Below, in pieces: positions 44,202 to 55,166 of a DNA stretch of 64,000 nucleotides. The translations under genes were made by a program, and so were the position numbers. The stretch is from an uncultured bacterium (lineage in GTDB: Bacteria; UBP14; UBA6098; B30-G16): assembly GCA_965552135.1 (NCBI GenBank), contig CBEVQY010000009.1, positions 8,240-72,239 on the forward strand. The letters run 5' to 3'. The notes under the pieces were generated by a model. The model ran no database searches. It was not told where the DNA came from and saw only the letters and a list, made by a program, of their open reading frames with translations. Every line of letters begins with the position of its first letter. Positions within the stretch are counted from its first letter, which is position 1.

Positions 44202-45761
44202 ATGGTGTGCCTTGCGGTTCTTCTGTGGCTTTCGCTCGGATTTTGCGCCACCTACTACGTTTCGCCGTCGGGGTCCGACGATGGGCTGGGCAGCGAATCC
44301 GATCCCTGGCTCACAATCCAGCACGCCGCAGACGAAGCTATGCCAGGTGATACGGTCCTCGTGCGGGAAGGGGTGTACAGCGAACAGGTCTTCACCGTGC
44401 GAAGCGGGGAGGAGGACGCATACATAGTTTTCGCCTCCTATCCGGGCGAAACCCCCGTTGTGGACGGCACAGGCGTGGTAACCGGGGATAACGGGGTCGT
44501 GATCTCCCATTCGTACATAAAGTTCGAGGGCTTCGTCGTCAGGAACTGGGGCGGCAACGGCTTCTGGGTGACCGGTGCATCCTTCGTCGAGATATCCGAC
44601 TGCGAGGTTTACAACGTCACCTTCGGCGTTGGCTTTGCCGACGGCGCGCACGACTTCACCGTATCCGGTGTCGTTGCCCATCACTTCGACCTCTACGGCT
44701 TCGACGCCTCCCCCTCGGGCGGAGATCCCTGTTACAACGGCGCGTTCGTCGATTGCGTTGCACACACGGGGCGTGACCCAACCCAAAACGTCGATGGCTT
44801 TGCCCTGGGTCACGGAGAGCAACACGACTTCCAGTTCATTCGCTGCACCACCTACGACGTCTTCGACGGCTTCGACATAAGCGCCAGAAGGACCACCCTC
44901 TCCCGCTGCCTCGCCCACGATTGCTGGAACGGCTGCTACAAGCTCTGGCAGGACAGCGTCTCACTTGTGAACTGCATAGGCTACGGCGGAGGCATAACCG
45001 TTGCGGAGCTCGACTGGACAGGCTCCCCCACCACCACGTTCATCACAAACTGCACCTTCTTCGATGCGGGCACGTTCGTCCTCTGGATCGAAAACGCGGC
45101 GGACACGCTCAGGATGTACAACACCATAATCTCCGGCGGCGACAACATAGGGCTTGCCTTCGAGATGCGGAGCGCAGCAAACTACTTCGGCGACTACAAC
45201 GTCTTCCACGATGACGACGGGGAACGCACCATAGCCGTGGGCTACACCGACGAGTTCAGCACGGCGGACGTTTCATCGGGCACCTGGACGAGCTACTCCG
45301 GTCAGGACAGCCACTCCGTTGCCGTTTTTGACCTTGGAAGTCTTTTCGTCGACGCTGGTGGCGGCGACCTTCATCTTTTTGATGGGAGCGTGGGTGTTGA
45401 TGCTGGGACGGCTTTGGGTGCGCCGCCCGAGGACTTCGACGGCAATCCCCGCCCCACGGGCGCAGCCGTCGACATCGGTGCGTACGAGTATCAGCCCACA
45501 GGCGTCGTGGCGAGCAAATCCGAGCCTGGACGGCGCCAAAGCGTCCTCGTCGCGCCAAACCCCACAACGTCTCGGTGCGTTATCCTCGCTCCCGCCGATG
45601 CCGCCGTGATGATCTTTGACCCTGCCGGCAGGGTTGTGACGAGGCTTCCCGGAGGGAGGCATTTCTGGTCGCCGCCGAATGCGCCCAATTCGGTGTACTT
45701 TGTGCGGTGCATCGGCGGATATGGCACCCAGAGGACAGCTAAGATCGTGGTTCAACGGTAA
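44202..45761 (+). CDS. Secreted right-handed beta-helix protein with T9SS-type C-terminal sorting domain
   Basis: Signal peptide, then YYVSPSGSDDGLGSESDPWLTIQHAADEAMPGDTVLVREGVY (DUF1565/pectate-lyase-like). The C-terminal ~75 aa, VLVAPNPTTSRCVILAP...VMIFDPAGRVVTRL...SVYFVRC...AKIVVQR, resemble a Por/T9SS tail. Confidence 0.75.
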   Translation: MVCLAVLLWLSLGFCATYYVSPSGSDDGLGSESDPWLTIQHAADEAMPGDTVLVREGVYSEQVFTVRSGEEDAYIVFASYPGETPVVDGTGVVTGDNGVVISHSYIKFEGFVVRNWGGNGFWVTGASFVEISDCEVYNVTFGVGFADGAHDFTVSGVVAHHFDLYGFDASPSGGDPCYNGAFVDCVAHTGRDPTQNVDGFALGHGEQHDFQFIRCTTYDVFDGFDISARRTTLSRCLAHDCWNGCYKLWQDSVSLVNCIGYGGGITVAELDWTGSPTTTFITNCTFFDAGTFVLWIENAADTLRMYNTIISGGDNIGLAFEMRSAANYFGDYNVFHDDDGERTIAVGYTDEFSTADVSSGTWTSYSGQDSHSVAVFDLGSLFVDAGGGDLHLFDGSVGVDAGTALGAPPEDFDGNPRPTGAAVDIGAYEYQPTGVVASKSEPGRRQSVLVAPNPTTSRCVILAPADAAVMIFDPAGRVVTRLPGGRHFWSPPNAPNSVYFVRCIGGYGTQRTAKIVVQR

Positions 45762-45798
45762 AGCGGAAAGCGAAGGGGTTTAAGAAAGGAGGTATTCG

Positions 45799-47049
45799 AT
45801 GCCGAAGATCACAAAGCCGCTTTACGTGACGGCTGGCAACTACACCGTTTCGCTGGGCAGCGGGCGCAAGGAGTTTCATCCCAAAAAGCCCCGCCCTGGG
45901 CTCGAGCACTACATAAAGGAGGCGGTTTCGGGGAGCCTGGAGCAGGTCAAAAACCCCGACGCCATAGAGGAGGGTGTTTTGGCAAGCTTTATGATGTCGC
46001 GCTACTGTCGCCAGGGCAACAGACCGGGCTTTATCCCCTTTGCGCACCCTGCGCTTGAGAAGAAGCCCTGCACGGGCGTTGAGGGCGCCTGCTGCTCTGG
46101 TGGGCTGGCGCTTACGGTTGCGGCGAAAACCATCCTCGCGGGGATGGCGGACGCGGTTCTCACCGTTGGCGTCGAGGTGCAGAACACCGTCAAAGCCGTC
46201 TACGGCGCCGATTACCTCGCAGGCGCGGGATATTATGCGGGCGAGAGGAAGCAGGGACACGCCCACTTCTTCCCCGACAAGTTCTCGCAGCGCGCAGGAG
46301 CGTACTTCGAGAAGTACGGCAGGGACGCGGCAAGAGAGGCTATGGCGCTTTGGTACGTCAACGCCATCGAGAACGCCCGAAGGAACCCCAAGGCGCAGGA
46401 GTACCACAACTCCGTCGAGGACCTCTTCGCCCTTGCTATGACGCCGCCCAACCCGAAGGTCTTCTGCGAGCACATAAACGTCTACGACTGCTCGAAAGTC
46501 TCCGACGCCGGCGCCGCCATCATATTTGCCTCGGAGGAGGGTCTTGCCAGGCTCGGTGTCGAAAAGCGAGACGCCGCGCAGGTGATAAGCTACGGGCACG
46601 CGGTCAGGGACATAACCAAACCCCCAGAGGATCCGACGGTGCTTTCGACGACGAAGGCGGCGGTGGAACAAGCCCTCGCCGACGCAGGCATATCGATACA
46701 CGACATCGGCGTCTTCGAGTTCCACGACTGCTTCACCATAAGTGGTCTTTTGGCGCTTGAGGCGGTTGGTCTGTGCGAGCCGGGCAAGGCGCCCGAGTAC
46801 GTCAAGTCGGGCAAGATAAAGCTTTCCGGCGAAACGCCCATAAACACCTCCGGCGGGCTCATAGGCTACGGTCATCCCGTTGGCGCGTCGGGGGTCCGTC
46901 AGGCGGTCGATATCTGGCGCCAGCTTGTCGGGAAAGCCGACGACTTCCAGGTCGAAATCGACCCCAAAAGACCTTACGGCATGCTCATAAGTATGGGCGG
47001 AAACGACGTGACCGTTGTAGCGATGATCATGAAGAAGCTCGAACCGTAA
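45799..47049 (+). CDS. Thiolase-domain protein (SCP-x/archaeal-type acetyl-CoA C-acyltransferase)
   Basis: Active-site region GVEGACCSGGLAL and C-terminal NTSGGLIGYGHPVGASG. AAAGGAGG RBS is present. Confidence 0.85.
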   Translation: MPKITKPLYVTAGNYTVSLGSGRKEFHPKKPRPGLEHYIKEAVSGSLEQVKNPDAIEEGVLASFMMSRYCRQGNRPGFIPFAHPALEKKPCTGVEGACCSGGLALTVAAKTILAGMADAVLTVGVEVQNTVKAVYGADYLAGAGYYAGERKQGHAHFFPDKFSQRAGAYFEKYGRDAAREAMALWYVNAIENARRNPKAQEYHNSVEDLFALAMTPPNPKVFCEHINVYDCSKVSDAGAAIIFASEEGLARLGVEKRDAAQVISYGHAVRDITKPPEDPTVLSTTKAAVEQALADAGISIHDIGVFEFHDCFTISGLLALEAVGLCEPGKAPEYVKSGKIKLSGETPINTSGGLIGYGHPVGASGVRQAVDIWRQLVGKADDFQVEIDPKRPYGMLISMGGNDVTVVAMIMKKLEP

Positions 47050-47059
47050 GGGGGCAGCT

Positions 47060-47638
47060 ATGGACTTCGAGGAGGTTGTTCGCACGCGCCGCAGCATAAG
47101 GAAGTTCAAGCCCGACCCCGTTCCGCGGGAGCTTTTGGAGAAGGTTCTGGAGCTTGCGGTCTGGGCGCCGTCGGCGATGAACCAGCAGAACTGGCGGTTC
47201 GTCGTCGTGCGCGGCGAAAAGGTCGACAAAATAAGAGAGATAAGCTCCCGCGCCTTCCGCGAATACGTCAAGCACGACCTCGAAAAGGTCTTCGCAAAAT
47301 ACCCTTGTGTGATAAAGGCTACGGGGAGGTTCTTCGACGATCTCGGCGGTGCGCCTGTGGTCGTCTGCGTGTACCGCAAAAGCACCATCGAGGGCGAGGT
47401 ATCCGACATCCAGTCTGTTGCCGCTGCAACGCAGAACCTCGTCCTTGCGGCGCACTACTACGGGCTTGGCGCCTGCTGGATGACGGGAATCCTGCCCCTC
47501 GCGCGTGAAATCAACGAAGTCGTAGGCGATGTGGAGGGGGAGCTTCAGGCTATAGTTCCCATAGGTTTCCCTGATCAAACTCCAAAGCCTCCGCCGCGCA
47601 AGCCCAACAGGGTCTTTTGGGTCGGCTGGGACGAGTAA
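47060..47638 (+). CDS. Nitroreductase-family protein
   Basis: Sequence VRTRRSIRKFKPDPVPRELLEKVLELAVWAPSAMNQQNWRFVVV. Confidence 0.88.
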   Translation: MDFEEVVRTRRSIRKFKPDPVPRELLEKVLELAVWAPSAMNQQNWRFVVVRGEKVDKIREISSRAFREYVKHDLEKVFAKYPCVIKATGRFFDDLGGAPVVVCVYRKSTIEGEVSDIQSVAAATQNLVLAAHYYGLGACWMTGILPLAREINEVVGDVEGELQAIVPIGFPDQTPKPPPRKPNRVFWVGWDE

Positions 47639-47655
47639 GCATCGGAGGACGCGCG

Positions 47656-48774
47656 ATGTTCGAGCTTAGCGAGGATCAGCGTTTGGTTCGGGACATGGTG
47701 CGCGAGTTTGCGCAGAAGGAGCTTTCGGAGCTTGCTCCTCAGCTCGACGCCGAGGCAGCCTTCCCCAAAGATATCTTCGGCAAGATGGCGCAGCTTGGGC
47801 TTTTGGGGCTGCGGGTGCCGGAGGAGTACGGCGGCGGTCAGATGGACCTCCTCGCCGCCGTCTTGGCTGCCGAAGAGCTTGGGAAGGTCTGCGCGTCGAC
47901 GGCAACGGCGTTCGCCGTCCACAGCATCGTCGTCGCAGGCGCCATAAAGCTTGCCGGAACGGAAGAACAGAAAAAGAAGTACCTCCCGCTCATTGCCTCT
48001 GGGAGGCTTTTGTGCTCGATGAGCCTGTCGGAGCCCGACACGACCTCCGGCGTGCCCGACATCGAGCTTGGCGTCTCACGCAACGGCGCTGGCTACCGCC
48101 TTTCGGGGCAAAAGCGCTCCGTTTTGTGCGGACCCAACGCCGGTGCGCTTTTGCTTCTCGCCGCAGACGGCGACGATGTCTACGCGTTTATCGTCGAGGG
48201 CAGCGCCGCGGGGATTTCGTTCGAGAGGGAGGAGGCACCCGGTCTTTGCGCCGCGGGGCTTTACGTCGCCCGGCTCGATGACTGCGACCTTGAGGAGGGC
48301 TTTGTTCTCGGCGGGGCGCCTCTTTCGTCCGAAGTGCTCGAGGCTATAGCCTGTTTGGGCAAGCTTTCGGCTGCCTCCGTCGCCATCGGCGTCGCTCAGA
48401 CTGCGCTTGAGGCAAGCATCGAGCACAGCAAGCAGAGGAAGCAGTTCGGGCAGTACATCTGCGAGTTCGAGGGCTTGCGGTGGATGCTTGCGGATATGTT
48501 CGTCGACGTTGCCTGCGCGCGCGAAAGCCTCTATGCCCTCGCGGCTCGGGCGGAGAAGGGAGACTTCGACCCCAAGGAGTTCGCCAGAGCGAAGCTTGTT
48601 GCGTCAAAGGTGGCGACGAAAGCCGCTGTCGACGCCATCCAGATCCGCGGCGGGTATGGATACATGCGCGACTACCCCATCGAGCGCCTCCTGCGCGACG
48701 CAAAGGCGTTCGAGTTCGCCTTCGGCGCACTGCCGAAGCAAAAGGACATAATCGCAAGAGAGCTCCTGAAATAG
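47656..48774 (+). CDS. Acyl-CoA dehydrogenase
   Basis: [23 protein letters not shown]... and C-terminal [23 protein letters not shown]. The start was moved to ATG 47656. Confidence 0.9.
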   Translation: MFELSEDQRLVRDMVREFAQKELSELAPQLDAEAAFPKDIFGKMAQLGLLGLRVPEEYGGGQMDLLAAVLAAEELGKVCASTATAFAVHSIVVAGAIKLAGTEEQKKKYLPLIASGRLLCSMSLSEPDTTSGVPDIELGVSRNGAGYRLSGQKRSVLCGPNAGALLLLAADGDDVYAFIVEGSAAGISFEREEAPGLCAAGLYVARLDDCDLEEGFVLGGAPLSSEVLEAIACLGKLSAASVAIGVAQTALEASIEHSKQRKQFGQYICEFEGLRWMLADMFVDVACARESLYALAARAEKGDFDPKEFARAKLVASKVATKAAVDAIQIRGGYGYMRDYPIERLLRDAKAFEFAFGALPKQKDIIARELLK

Positions 48775-48805
48775 CCGGAAAACAACCCATGCCAGGAGGT
48801 CTGTC

Positions 48806-49948
48806 ATGAACTTTTCGCTGACCGAGGAGCAAAAGCTTTTGCAGGAGACGGTTCGGGAGTTTGCGGAGAAGGAGCTTAAGGAGAAGGCTGCGGAGATCGA
48901 CGAGTCGCGCGAGTTCCCCCACGACACCCTCAAGAAGATGGCGCCGCTCGGGCTTTTGGGCATGATCGTCCCCGAGGAGTACGGCGGCGTTGGGATGGAC
49001 TTCGTCTCGCTGGCGATAGCGATAGAGGAGATCTCCCGCGCCTGCGCATCGACCGGCGTCATCGTGGCTGTACAGAACTCGCTTGTGGAGTACCCGATAG
49101 CCGAGTTCGGCACAGAGGAGCAAAAGAAAAAGTACCTGCCTGATCTTGCCAGCGGGAAGAAGATAGGCTGCTTCTGCCTCACCGAGCCGAACGCAGGCTC
49201 GGATGTCGCAAGCCTCGAAACGGTCGCGGAAGAGAAGGGGGATCACTTCGTCCTGAACGGCACCAAGCGCTTCATCACAAACGGCACCGAGGCGGATATC
49301 ATGATCGTCTTCGCCTACACCGACCGCGAGAAGCGCCACCACGGCATGAGCTGCTTCATAGTCGAAAAGGACTTCCCCGGCGTCTCGAAGGGCAAGCACG
49401 AGAACCTCATGGGCATCCGCGCAACCGGAAACTGCGAGATATACTTCGAGGACTGCATAGTTCCCAAGGAGAACCTGCTTGGCGTCAAGAACGAGGGCTT
49501 TAAGCTTGCGATGAAGGTTTTGGACGTAAGCCGCATCGATATAGGCGCACAGGCAGTCGGCATAGCGCAGTCTGCTCTGGACGAGGCGCTCAGGTACTCG
49601 AAGGAGCGCGTTCAGTTCGGTCAGCCCATCTGCGAGCTCCAGCAAATCCAGGACATGCTCGCGCAGATGGCGACGAAGATCGAGGCTGCGCGGCTGCTTG
49701 TGCGTCAGGCGGCGTATATGAAGGACGCGGGCATCCCCAGGTTCTCGCTCTACTCGTCTATGGCGAAGTACTTCGCCTCCGAGGTCGCCGTCGAGTGCGC
49801 CAGAATGGGCGTCCAGATACACGGCGGATACGGATACACAAAAGACTACCCCATCGAGCGCATCTACCGCGATGCGAAGATCCTCGAGATCTACGAGGGA
49901 ACGAGCCAGATCCAGAAGATCGTCATAGCCCGCGAGCTTTTGCGATAG
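48806..49948 (+). CDS. Acyl-CoA dehydrogenase (short/butyryl-type)
   Basis: 380 aa with [10 protein letters not shown] and [34 protein letters not shown]. Confidence 0.92.
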   Translation: MNFSLTEEQKLLQETVREFAEKELKEKAAEIDESREFPHDTLKKMAPLGLLGMIVPEEYGGVGMDFVSLAIAIEEISRACASTGVIVAVQNSLVEYPIAEFGTEEQKKKYLPDLASGKKIGCFCLTEPNAGSDVASLETVAEEKGDHFVLNGTKRFITNGTEADIMIVFAYTDREKRHHGMSCFIVEKDFPGVSKGKHENLMGIRATGNCEIYFEDCIVPKENLLGVKNEGFKLAMKVLDVSRIDIGAQAVGIAQSALDEALRYSKERVQFGQPICELQQIQDMLAQMATKIEAARLLVRQAAYMKDAGIPRFSLYSSMAKYFASEVAVECARMGVQIHGGYGYTKDYPIERIYRDAKILEIYEGTSQIQKIVIARELLR

Positions 49949-49951
49949 GCG

Positions 49952-50959
49952 ATGTGCGACCAGTACGAAGACGTTCTCTCCCGCTTTTGGTCAGGCGACG
50001 TTGTTGCGCTTGCTAAGCTCATAAGCGCAGTCGAAGATCGCCGGGACGGCTACGAGTGCATCCTCACAAAGCTTTTCCCGAAAAGCGGTGGAGCCTACAG
50101 GGTGGGGGTAACGGGTCCACCTGGGGCTGGCAAAAGCACCATCGTCGACAAGCTGACCTTGGCTCTGGCGGGCTCTGGCAGCAGGGTTGGGATAGTCGCC
50201 GTCGACCCAACAAGCCCGTTTACCGGCGGCGCGCTTCTGGGCGACCGCGTGCGAATGCGCGACCTCGCAGTGCTCGACAACGTCTTCATCCGGAGCATGG
50301 CGACCCGGGGATCGCTGGGGGGGCTTGCCCAGGCAACCAAAGACGTCCTCGTCGTGCTCGATGCCTTCGGAAAGGACTACATCCTCGTCGAAACCGTAGG
50401 CGTTGGTCAGGTTGAGCTCGACGTTGTCGATGCGTGCGATACGGTCGTCGTCGTCCTCACGCCCGAGGCGGGAGACTCGGTCCAGGCGATGAAGGCAGGG
50501 CTCGTGGAGATAGCAGATATCTTCGTCGTCAACAAAGCCGACCGACAGGGCGCAGACATCTTCATCTACGAGCTCCAATCTATGCTCGAGATAAAGGAGG
50601 AGTTCGAGAGGGGCGGCGAGGGACCGCGCTGGAAGGTGCCCATAGTCCCGACGGTGGCAACGAAATCGGAGGGCATAGAGGAGCTTTTGGAGAAGATCCA
50701 AAGCCACAGGCGCTTCCTGCGCGAAAGCGGCTTTTGGGAAAGGAAGCGCAAGCTCCAGATCGAACACAAGGTAAGGCAGCTTTTGGAGGAGCACGTAAGG
50801 GGGATTGTTGAGCGCGATATACTTTCGCGCGTCGACGTCGACGAGATAGTTGGGGCGATCTACGACGGTCGCACCGATCCCTACACCGCAGCAAAGATGC
50901 TTTTGTCGAAAGCGAGGCTTGAGGGGTATGGGGAGGCGGATAAAGATACTTCTGGCTAA
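49952..50959 (+). CDS. meaB: Methylmalonyl-CoA mutase-associated G-protein chaperone (MeaB/ArgK)
   Basis: P-loop [12 protein letters not shown], plus [10 protein letters not shown] and VVNKAD. Confidence 0.9.
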   Translation: MCDQYEDVLSRFWSGDVVALAKLISAVEDRRDGYECILTKLFPKSGGAYRVGVTGPPGAGKSTIVDKLTLALAGSGSRVGIVAVDPTSPFTGGALLGDRVRMRDLAVLDNVFIRSMATRGSLGGLAQATKDVLVVLDAFGKDYILVETVGVGQVELDVVDACDTVVVVLTPEAGDSVQAMKAGLVEIADIFVVNKADRQGADIFIYELQSMLEIKEEFERGGEGPRWKVPIVPTVATKSEGIEELLEKIQSHRRFLRESGFWERKRKLQIEHKVRQLLEEHVRGIVERDILSRVDVDEIVGAIYDGRTDPYTAAKMLLSKARLEGYGEADKDTSG

Positions 50960-51326
50960 GGGCGGTCTCGACGGTCACAGCCGCGGGATAAAGGTCGTTG
51001 CCCGCGCACTGAGGGATGCGGGGTATGAGGTCATCTACACCGGCCTGCACCAAAGCCCCGAGATGATAGTCAGCGCCGCGGTGCAGGAGGACGTGGACCT
51101 TATCGGCATAAGCATCCTTTCGGGGGCGCATATGCCGATATTCTCCAAGGTCTTAGAGCTTCTTCGGCAGCGCGGGCGCGGCGATATCCCAGTCTTCGGC
51201 GGAGGCATTATCCCGCCCGACGACGCGAAAAAGCTCGAACAGATGGGGGTGAAGAAAATATTCGGTCCGGGCACACCGACATCGGAGATAGTCCGGTGGG
51301 TGAAGGAGAACGTCGCTGGGCGCTAA
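50928..51326 (+). CDS. B12-binding small subunit/domain of an acyl-CoA mutase
   Basis: Sequence is [37 protein letters not shown], containing the DxHxxG motif. The start was moved to ATG 50928. There is a 32-nt overlap with meaB. Confidence 0.88.
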   Translation: MGRRIKILLAKGGLDGHSRGIKVVARALRDAGYEVIYTGLHQSPEMIVSAAVQEDVDLIGISILSGAHMPIFSKVLELLRQRGRGDIPVFGGGIIPPDDAKKLEQMGVKKIFGPGTPTSEIVRWVKENVAGR

Positions 51327-52351
51327 CGCCCCCTGCGCCTCAAAAGCGCCTTCACGTGCTCTATAGCTCTGTGGTGCTCCTGAACCGTCTTTGAGAATAT
51401 GTGGGTGCCGTCGCGGCGGGAGACGAAGTAGAGGTACTCGGTGGTATCGGGGTAAAGCGCAGCCACGATGGCGTCCTCGCCCGGATTGCATATGGGTCCC
51501 GGCGGCAGCCCAAAGTGCCTGTAGGTGTTGTAGGGGGAGTCGCTGTCGAGGTCCGCCAGGGTCAGGGGCTTGTCGAACTTGCGCAGACCGTAGATGGTGG
51601 TCGGGTCCGCCTGGAGCATCATACCGAGCCTGAGCCTGTTGTGGTAAACCGACGAGATGATTCTCTGCTCCCTCTTGACGTGCGCCTCCGCCTCTATGAT
51701 GGACGCCAGCGTAACCACATCGAGCACAGACATCCCAAGCGATTCCGCCCTTGCGGAGTACTGCGGCTTCCACCTGCGGCGAAACTCCCCGAACATTATG
51801 GCGATGACGCTTTCGGGCGAAACGCCCTTTGGGATCATATAGGTTTCGGGGAAGAGGAAGCCTTCCGCCGTTGGTCCGGGTATGCCGAGTCGCCCAAGGA
51901 GCGCCGTGTCGCAGCACGCAGCAACAAAAGCCACAGAGTCGATCCCCAAGCTCCTTTGAAGGAGCCCGGCTATCTCGAATATCGTGAACCCCTCGGGGAT
52001 CGTTACCTGGATGTCGAAGCTTCCGCCGCGGGACAGCCGCTTGATAAGCCCCCAAACCGACTCCGGCGCGTCGAACCTGAACCTTCCGGCGCGAAGCCTT
52101 CTGTCGAACCCCATAAGCCTTGCCGCAATGCAAAAGAGCTTCGGGTGGCGCAAAAGCCCCGCGCCGACCAGCGCCTTTGCAACATCGCGCGTGCTCATAC
52201 CCGCCGAGATCTCCACGTACACGGGCTCCCGCAGCGCAGTCGACGTATCGACGGCGAAAAGCATGTAGCACACCCAGAGGACGCAGCAGGCTAAAGCAAA
52301 TCCGACAATCCCGCCCGCTACCCAAAGCTTTTCGCTCGCGTTAACCCTCAT
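51323..52351 (-). CDS. mltG: Endolytic murein transglycosylase MltG (YceG-like)
   Basis: N-terminal TM helix and YceG core (LRAGRFRF...EGFLFPETY...ASIIEAE). The start was moved to ATG 52351. Confidence 0.88.
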   Translation of the reverse strand: MRVNASEKLWVAGGIVGFALACCVLWVCYMLFAVDTSTALREPVYVEISAGMSTRDVAKALVGAGLLRHPKLFCIAARLMGFDRRLRAGRFRFDAPESVWGLIKRLSRGGSFDIQVTIPEGFTIFEIAGLLQRSLGIDSVAFVAACCDTALLGRLGIPGPTAEGFLFPETYMIPKGVSPESVIAIMFGEFRRRWKPQYSARAESLGMSVLDVVTLASIIEAEAHVKREQRIISSVYHNRLRLGMMLQADPTTIYGLRKFDKPLTLADLDSDSPYNTYRHFGLPPGPICNPGEDAIVAALYPDTTEYLYFVSRRDGTHIFSKTVQEHHRAIEHVKALLRRRGR

Positions 52352-52760
52352 TCCTTTTGGCGTCGATGTAGCTTTGGAGTATGATGGCTGCGGCGACTCT
52401 GTCGACGGCGGCTTTGTTCCGCGATGGCTTTGCGCCTGCCTCCCGCAAAACCCGCTCCGCTTCAACGCTTGTCAGCCTCTCGTCCCAGAGGACGACGCGA
52501 ACACCCAGAAGCTTTTCAACCCTTCTTGCGAACCGCCTAGCACGCCGGCTTATCTCCGACTCCTCGCACGAAAGCGTAAGCGGCAAACCCAAAACCACAA
52601 GCTCCACGTCGTATTGCCGGGCGATGTCCGAAACGGCGGCGAGGAAAGCCTCCTCGTCGCCTTCAACCGTAAGCTTCGGAAAGGCGATTTTTCCGCCTTC
52701 GTCCGATATTGCCACGCCGAGCCTGCGCTCGCCGTAATCTATCCCCAAAAGCCTGCCCAC
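52341..52760 (-). CDS. ruvX: Putative pre-16S rRNA nuclease / Holliday-junction-resolvase-like YqgF
   Basis: (M)GRLLGIDYGERRLGVAISDE is the typical YqgF N-terminus if GTG 52760 is the start. The track ORF extends to 52799. Confidence 0.85.
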   Translation of the reverse strand: MGRLLGIDYGERRLGVAISDEGGKIAFPKLTVEGDEEAFLAAVSDIARQYDVELVVLGLPLTLSCEESEISRRARRFARRVEKLLGVRVVLWDERLTSVEAERVLREAGAKPSRNKAAVDRVAAAIILQSYIDAKRNEG

Positions 52761-52841
52761 AGGAAGTAAGATATTTCGCCCGCGGCAACTTTCAACCAAA
52801 TCCCATTGTCGTGCGGTGTTTTTCTGCGTAAATTAAGCGTC

Positions 52842-54578
52842 GTGGGCAAGGTCATAAAACTTCCCGAGGAGGTTGCCAACAGGATAGCTGCGGGCGAGGT
52901 TGTGGAGAGACCCGCGTCGGTGGTGAAGGAGCTTTTGGAGAACTCTCTCGACGCCGGGGCTAACTACATCGAGATCTTCCTTCTGCGCGGCGGCAAGGAG
53001 CTTGTGCAGGTTGTGGACGACGGAGAGGGTATGTCGCCCGAAGATGCCCTGCTCGCCCTGCAGCGGCACGCAACGAGCAAGATAACCTCCGCCGCCGACC
53101 TCGAGGCTATAACGACCTTCGGCTTCCGCGGCGAAGCCCTGCCGTCGATCGCGGCGGTATCCGTTCTGGAGCTCGTTACGCGAAAGCGCGGCAGCAGCGC
53201 CGCCTTCAGAGTCGTTGTGGACAACGGCGAGGTCGTCGAGGAGGTCGAAACCAACGCCCCGCCGGGAACCTCAGTCTCGGTCAGGGAGCTTTTCGCAAAG
53301 CTTCCCGCAAGGCGTAGGTTCCTCAAATCGGATCAGACCGAGCACTCGCAGTGCCTCCAGTGGATTACGCGTCTTGCTCTGGCATCGCCGCAGGTGACCT
53401 TCCGCGTCGAAGCCGATGGAAGGGAGTGCCTTTACCTTCCCGCCGTTTCCGACTACGCGTCCCGGATAGGGCAGCTTTTCGGCGACGAGCTCCTCGAAAG
53501 GCTTTTGGAGATCTCGCACGAGGAGGGGGATTACTCCGTTTTCGGTTTTGTGGGTGAGCGCACGCTGCACAGGTCCCGCACCTCGGACGAGTACTTCTTC
53601 CTCAACGGTCGCCCGGTGCGCAGCTCGCTTTTGACCGGCGCGCTGCACAAAGCTTTCGCGGGCTTGCTCCCTCCAAGGCGTTATCCTGTGGCATTTGTTT
53701 TCGTCGATGCGCCGCCCGAGCTTGTGGACGTAAACGTTCATCCCGCCAAGCTTGAGGTCCGCTTCAGGCGCGAGGAGGCTGTTTTCGGCGCGGTTTACAG
53801 AGCCATCGCCAAAGCCGTTGGCGAGCGTCCACTGCCCGCGGCAAAGCCAAAGCCCTCCGTTTTGGTTCCGCCGCCTTCGGCGCAGATGCTTCGGCTTGAT
53901 CTGCCGCAGAGTGTTCGCCCGCCGCGCCAGAGTGCGCCCGGCATCGAGCGGGAGATCGCCGACCTTGTGAGCCGCATCGCAAGCGACGTCGAGGTCGAGC
54001 CGAGGCAGGCGGAGCCGCAGTTCCTGCAGATACACGAAGCATACATCGTCGTTCAGTCGCGCGACGGAATGCTTGTGATAGATCAGCACGCTGCCCACGA
54101 GCGGATTCTCTACGAGCGCACGCTGCGCGCCCTCGAGGAAAGCGCAAAGCAGGGTCAAAGGCTCCTCTTCCCCGTCGAAGTCCACATAGCTCCCCACTGG
54201 GCGCCTGTGCTGACGAAGCTTTTGCCAAAGCTTGCCGCCGTGGGCTTCGAGATCGAGATAGTCGACCAAAACACCGCCCGACTGCTCTCTGTGCCGTCGT
54301 TCGTCCACAACGCCGACTACGCTGAGCTTGTGCGCGATGTGCTCGAGGAGCTGTCGGAGTACAACCCCGAAAGCCCAGGGATCGTGCGGCGCCTTGCGGC
54401 AAGCATCGCCTGCCACGCGGCAATAAAGGCGGGGCAAAAGCTCTCTCAGGACGAGATGGGCGCGCTCTTCGATGCACTCTTCGAGTGCGAAGACCCCTAT
54501 CACTGCCCTCACGGCAGACCGACCGTCGTCAAGTTCACAGTCGCCGAGCTTGAGAGGATGTTCGGAAGGAGGGACTGA
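52842..54578 (+). CDS. mutL: DNA mismatch repair protein MutL
   Basis: (M)GKVIKLPEEVANRIAAGEVVERPASVVKELLENSLDAG and C-terminal HCPHGRPT. Likely GTG start at 52842 (track: TTG 52806). Confidence 0.93.
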   Translation: MGKVIKLPEEVANRIAAGEVVERPASVVKELLENSLDAGANYIEIFLLRGGKELVQVVDDGEGMSPEDALLALQRHATSKITSAADLEAITTFGFRGEALPSIAAVSVLELVTRKRGSSAAFRVVVDNGEVVEEVETNAPPGTSVSVRELFAKLPARRRFLKSDQTEHSQCLQWITRLALASPQVTFRVEADGRECLYLPAVSDYASRIGQLFGDELLERLLEISHEEGDYSVFGFVGERTLHRSRTSDEYFFLNGRPVRSSLLTGALHKAFAGLLPPRRYPVAFVFVDAPPELVDVNVHPAKLEVRFRREEAVFGAVYRAIAKAVGERPLPAAKPKPSVLVPPPSAQMLRLDLPQSVRPPRQSAPGIEREIADLVSRIASDVEVEPRQAEPQFLQIHEAYIVVQSRDGMLVIDQHAAHERILYERTLRALEESAKQGQRLLFPVEVHIAPHWAPVLTKLLPKLAAVGFEIEIVDQNTARLLSVPSFVHNADYAELVRDVLEELSEYNPESPGIVRRLAASIACHAAIKAGQKLSQDEMGALFDALFECEDPYHCPHGRPTVVKFTVAELERMFGRRD

Positions 54579-54584
54579 AGCCCT

Positions 54585-55166
54585 ATGGGCGAGATCGCGG
54601 CGGTTTTGGGCTTGGGCAATCCGGGTGCAGACTACGCCGAAACGAAGCATAACCTCGGGTATATGGTCGTCGACAGGCTTTTGGGGCTTTTCGGCGGCGT
54701 GTGGCGCGCGGGGAGGGGGGAGTTCGTCTACGCGCCCGTGAGGATAGCCGAAAGGGACGTTTTCCTCCTGCGCTCAACGACCTTTATGAACGCAAGCGGC
54801 GTTGGCGCCAGGGACGCGCTGGAGTCGCTGGGCATACCGCCCGAGGGGCTTCTTGTCGTGCTCGACGATTTCGCAATCCCCTTCGGCGAACTCAGGCTGC
54901 GCAGATCAGGCTCGGACGGCGGGCACAACGGGCTTGCGTCGATCATCTTCCACCTGGGGACAGAGCGCATCCCGCGCCTTAGGGTTGGCATAGGTCCGCT
55001 GCCCGACGGAGGTGATGCCGTGGAGTTTGTGTTAAGCGAGTTCCCGCCTGAGCAGAGGCGCAAGCTGCCCGTGGTCATCGACTTCGCGTGCAGCGCCGTG
55101 GAGACCGCGGTCGCCCTCGGGATCGAAGCCGCAATGAACCAGTTCAACCGCAGGCGCGCAGACTAA
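54585..55166 (+). CDS. pth: Peptidyl-tRNA hydrolase
   Basis: VLGLGNPGADYAETKHNLGYMVVD...GGHNGL. Confidence 0.93.
   Translation: MGEIAAVLGLGNPGADYAETKHNLGYMVVDRLLGLFGGVWRAGRGEFVYAPVRIAERDVFLLRSTTFMNASGVGARDALESLGIPPEGLLVVLDDFAIPFGELRLRRSGSDGGHNGLASIIFHLGTERIPRLRVGIGPLPDGGDAVEFVLSEFPPEQRRKLPVVIDFACSAVETAVALGIEAAMNQFNRRRAD

Noticed and set aside
45739-47409. 556-aa minus-strand ORF. Similar long ORFs: 18219-19769 (+), 22296-23768 (-), 48344-49822 (-), 53271-54650 (-), 55552-57183 (-)
   Set aside because: Each lies opposite a well-supported conserved gene (thiolase, ilvE, LplA fusion, ACADs, mutL, PGA/ferredoxin). All are Arg/Pro/Gly-rich with no known motifs.
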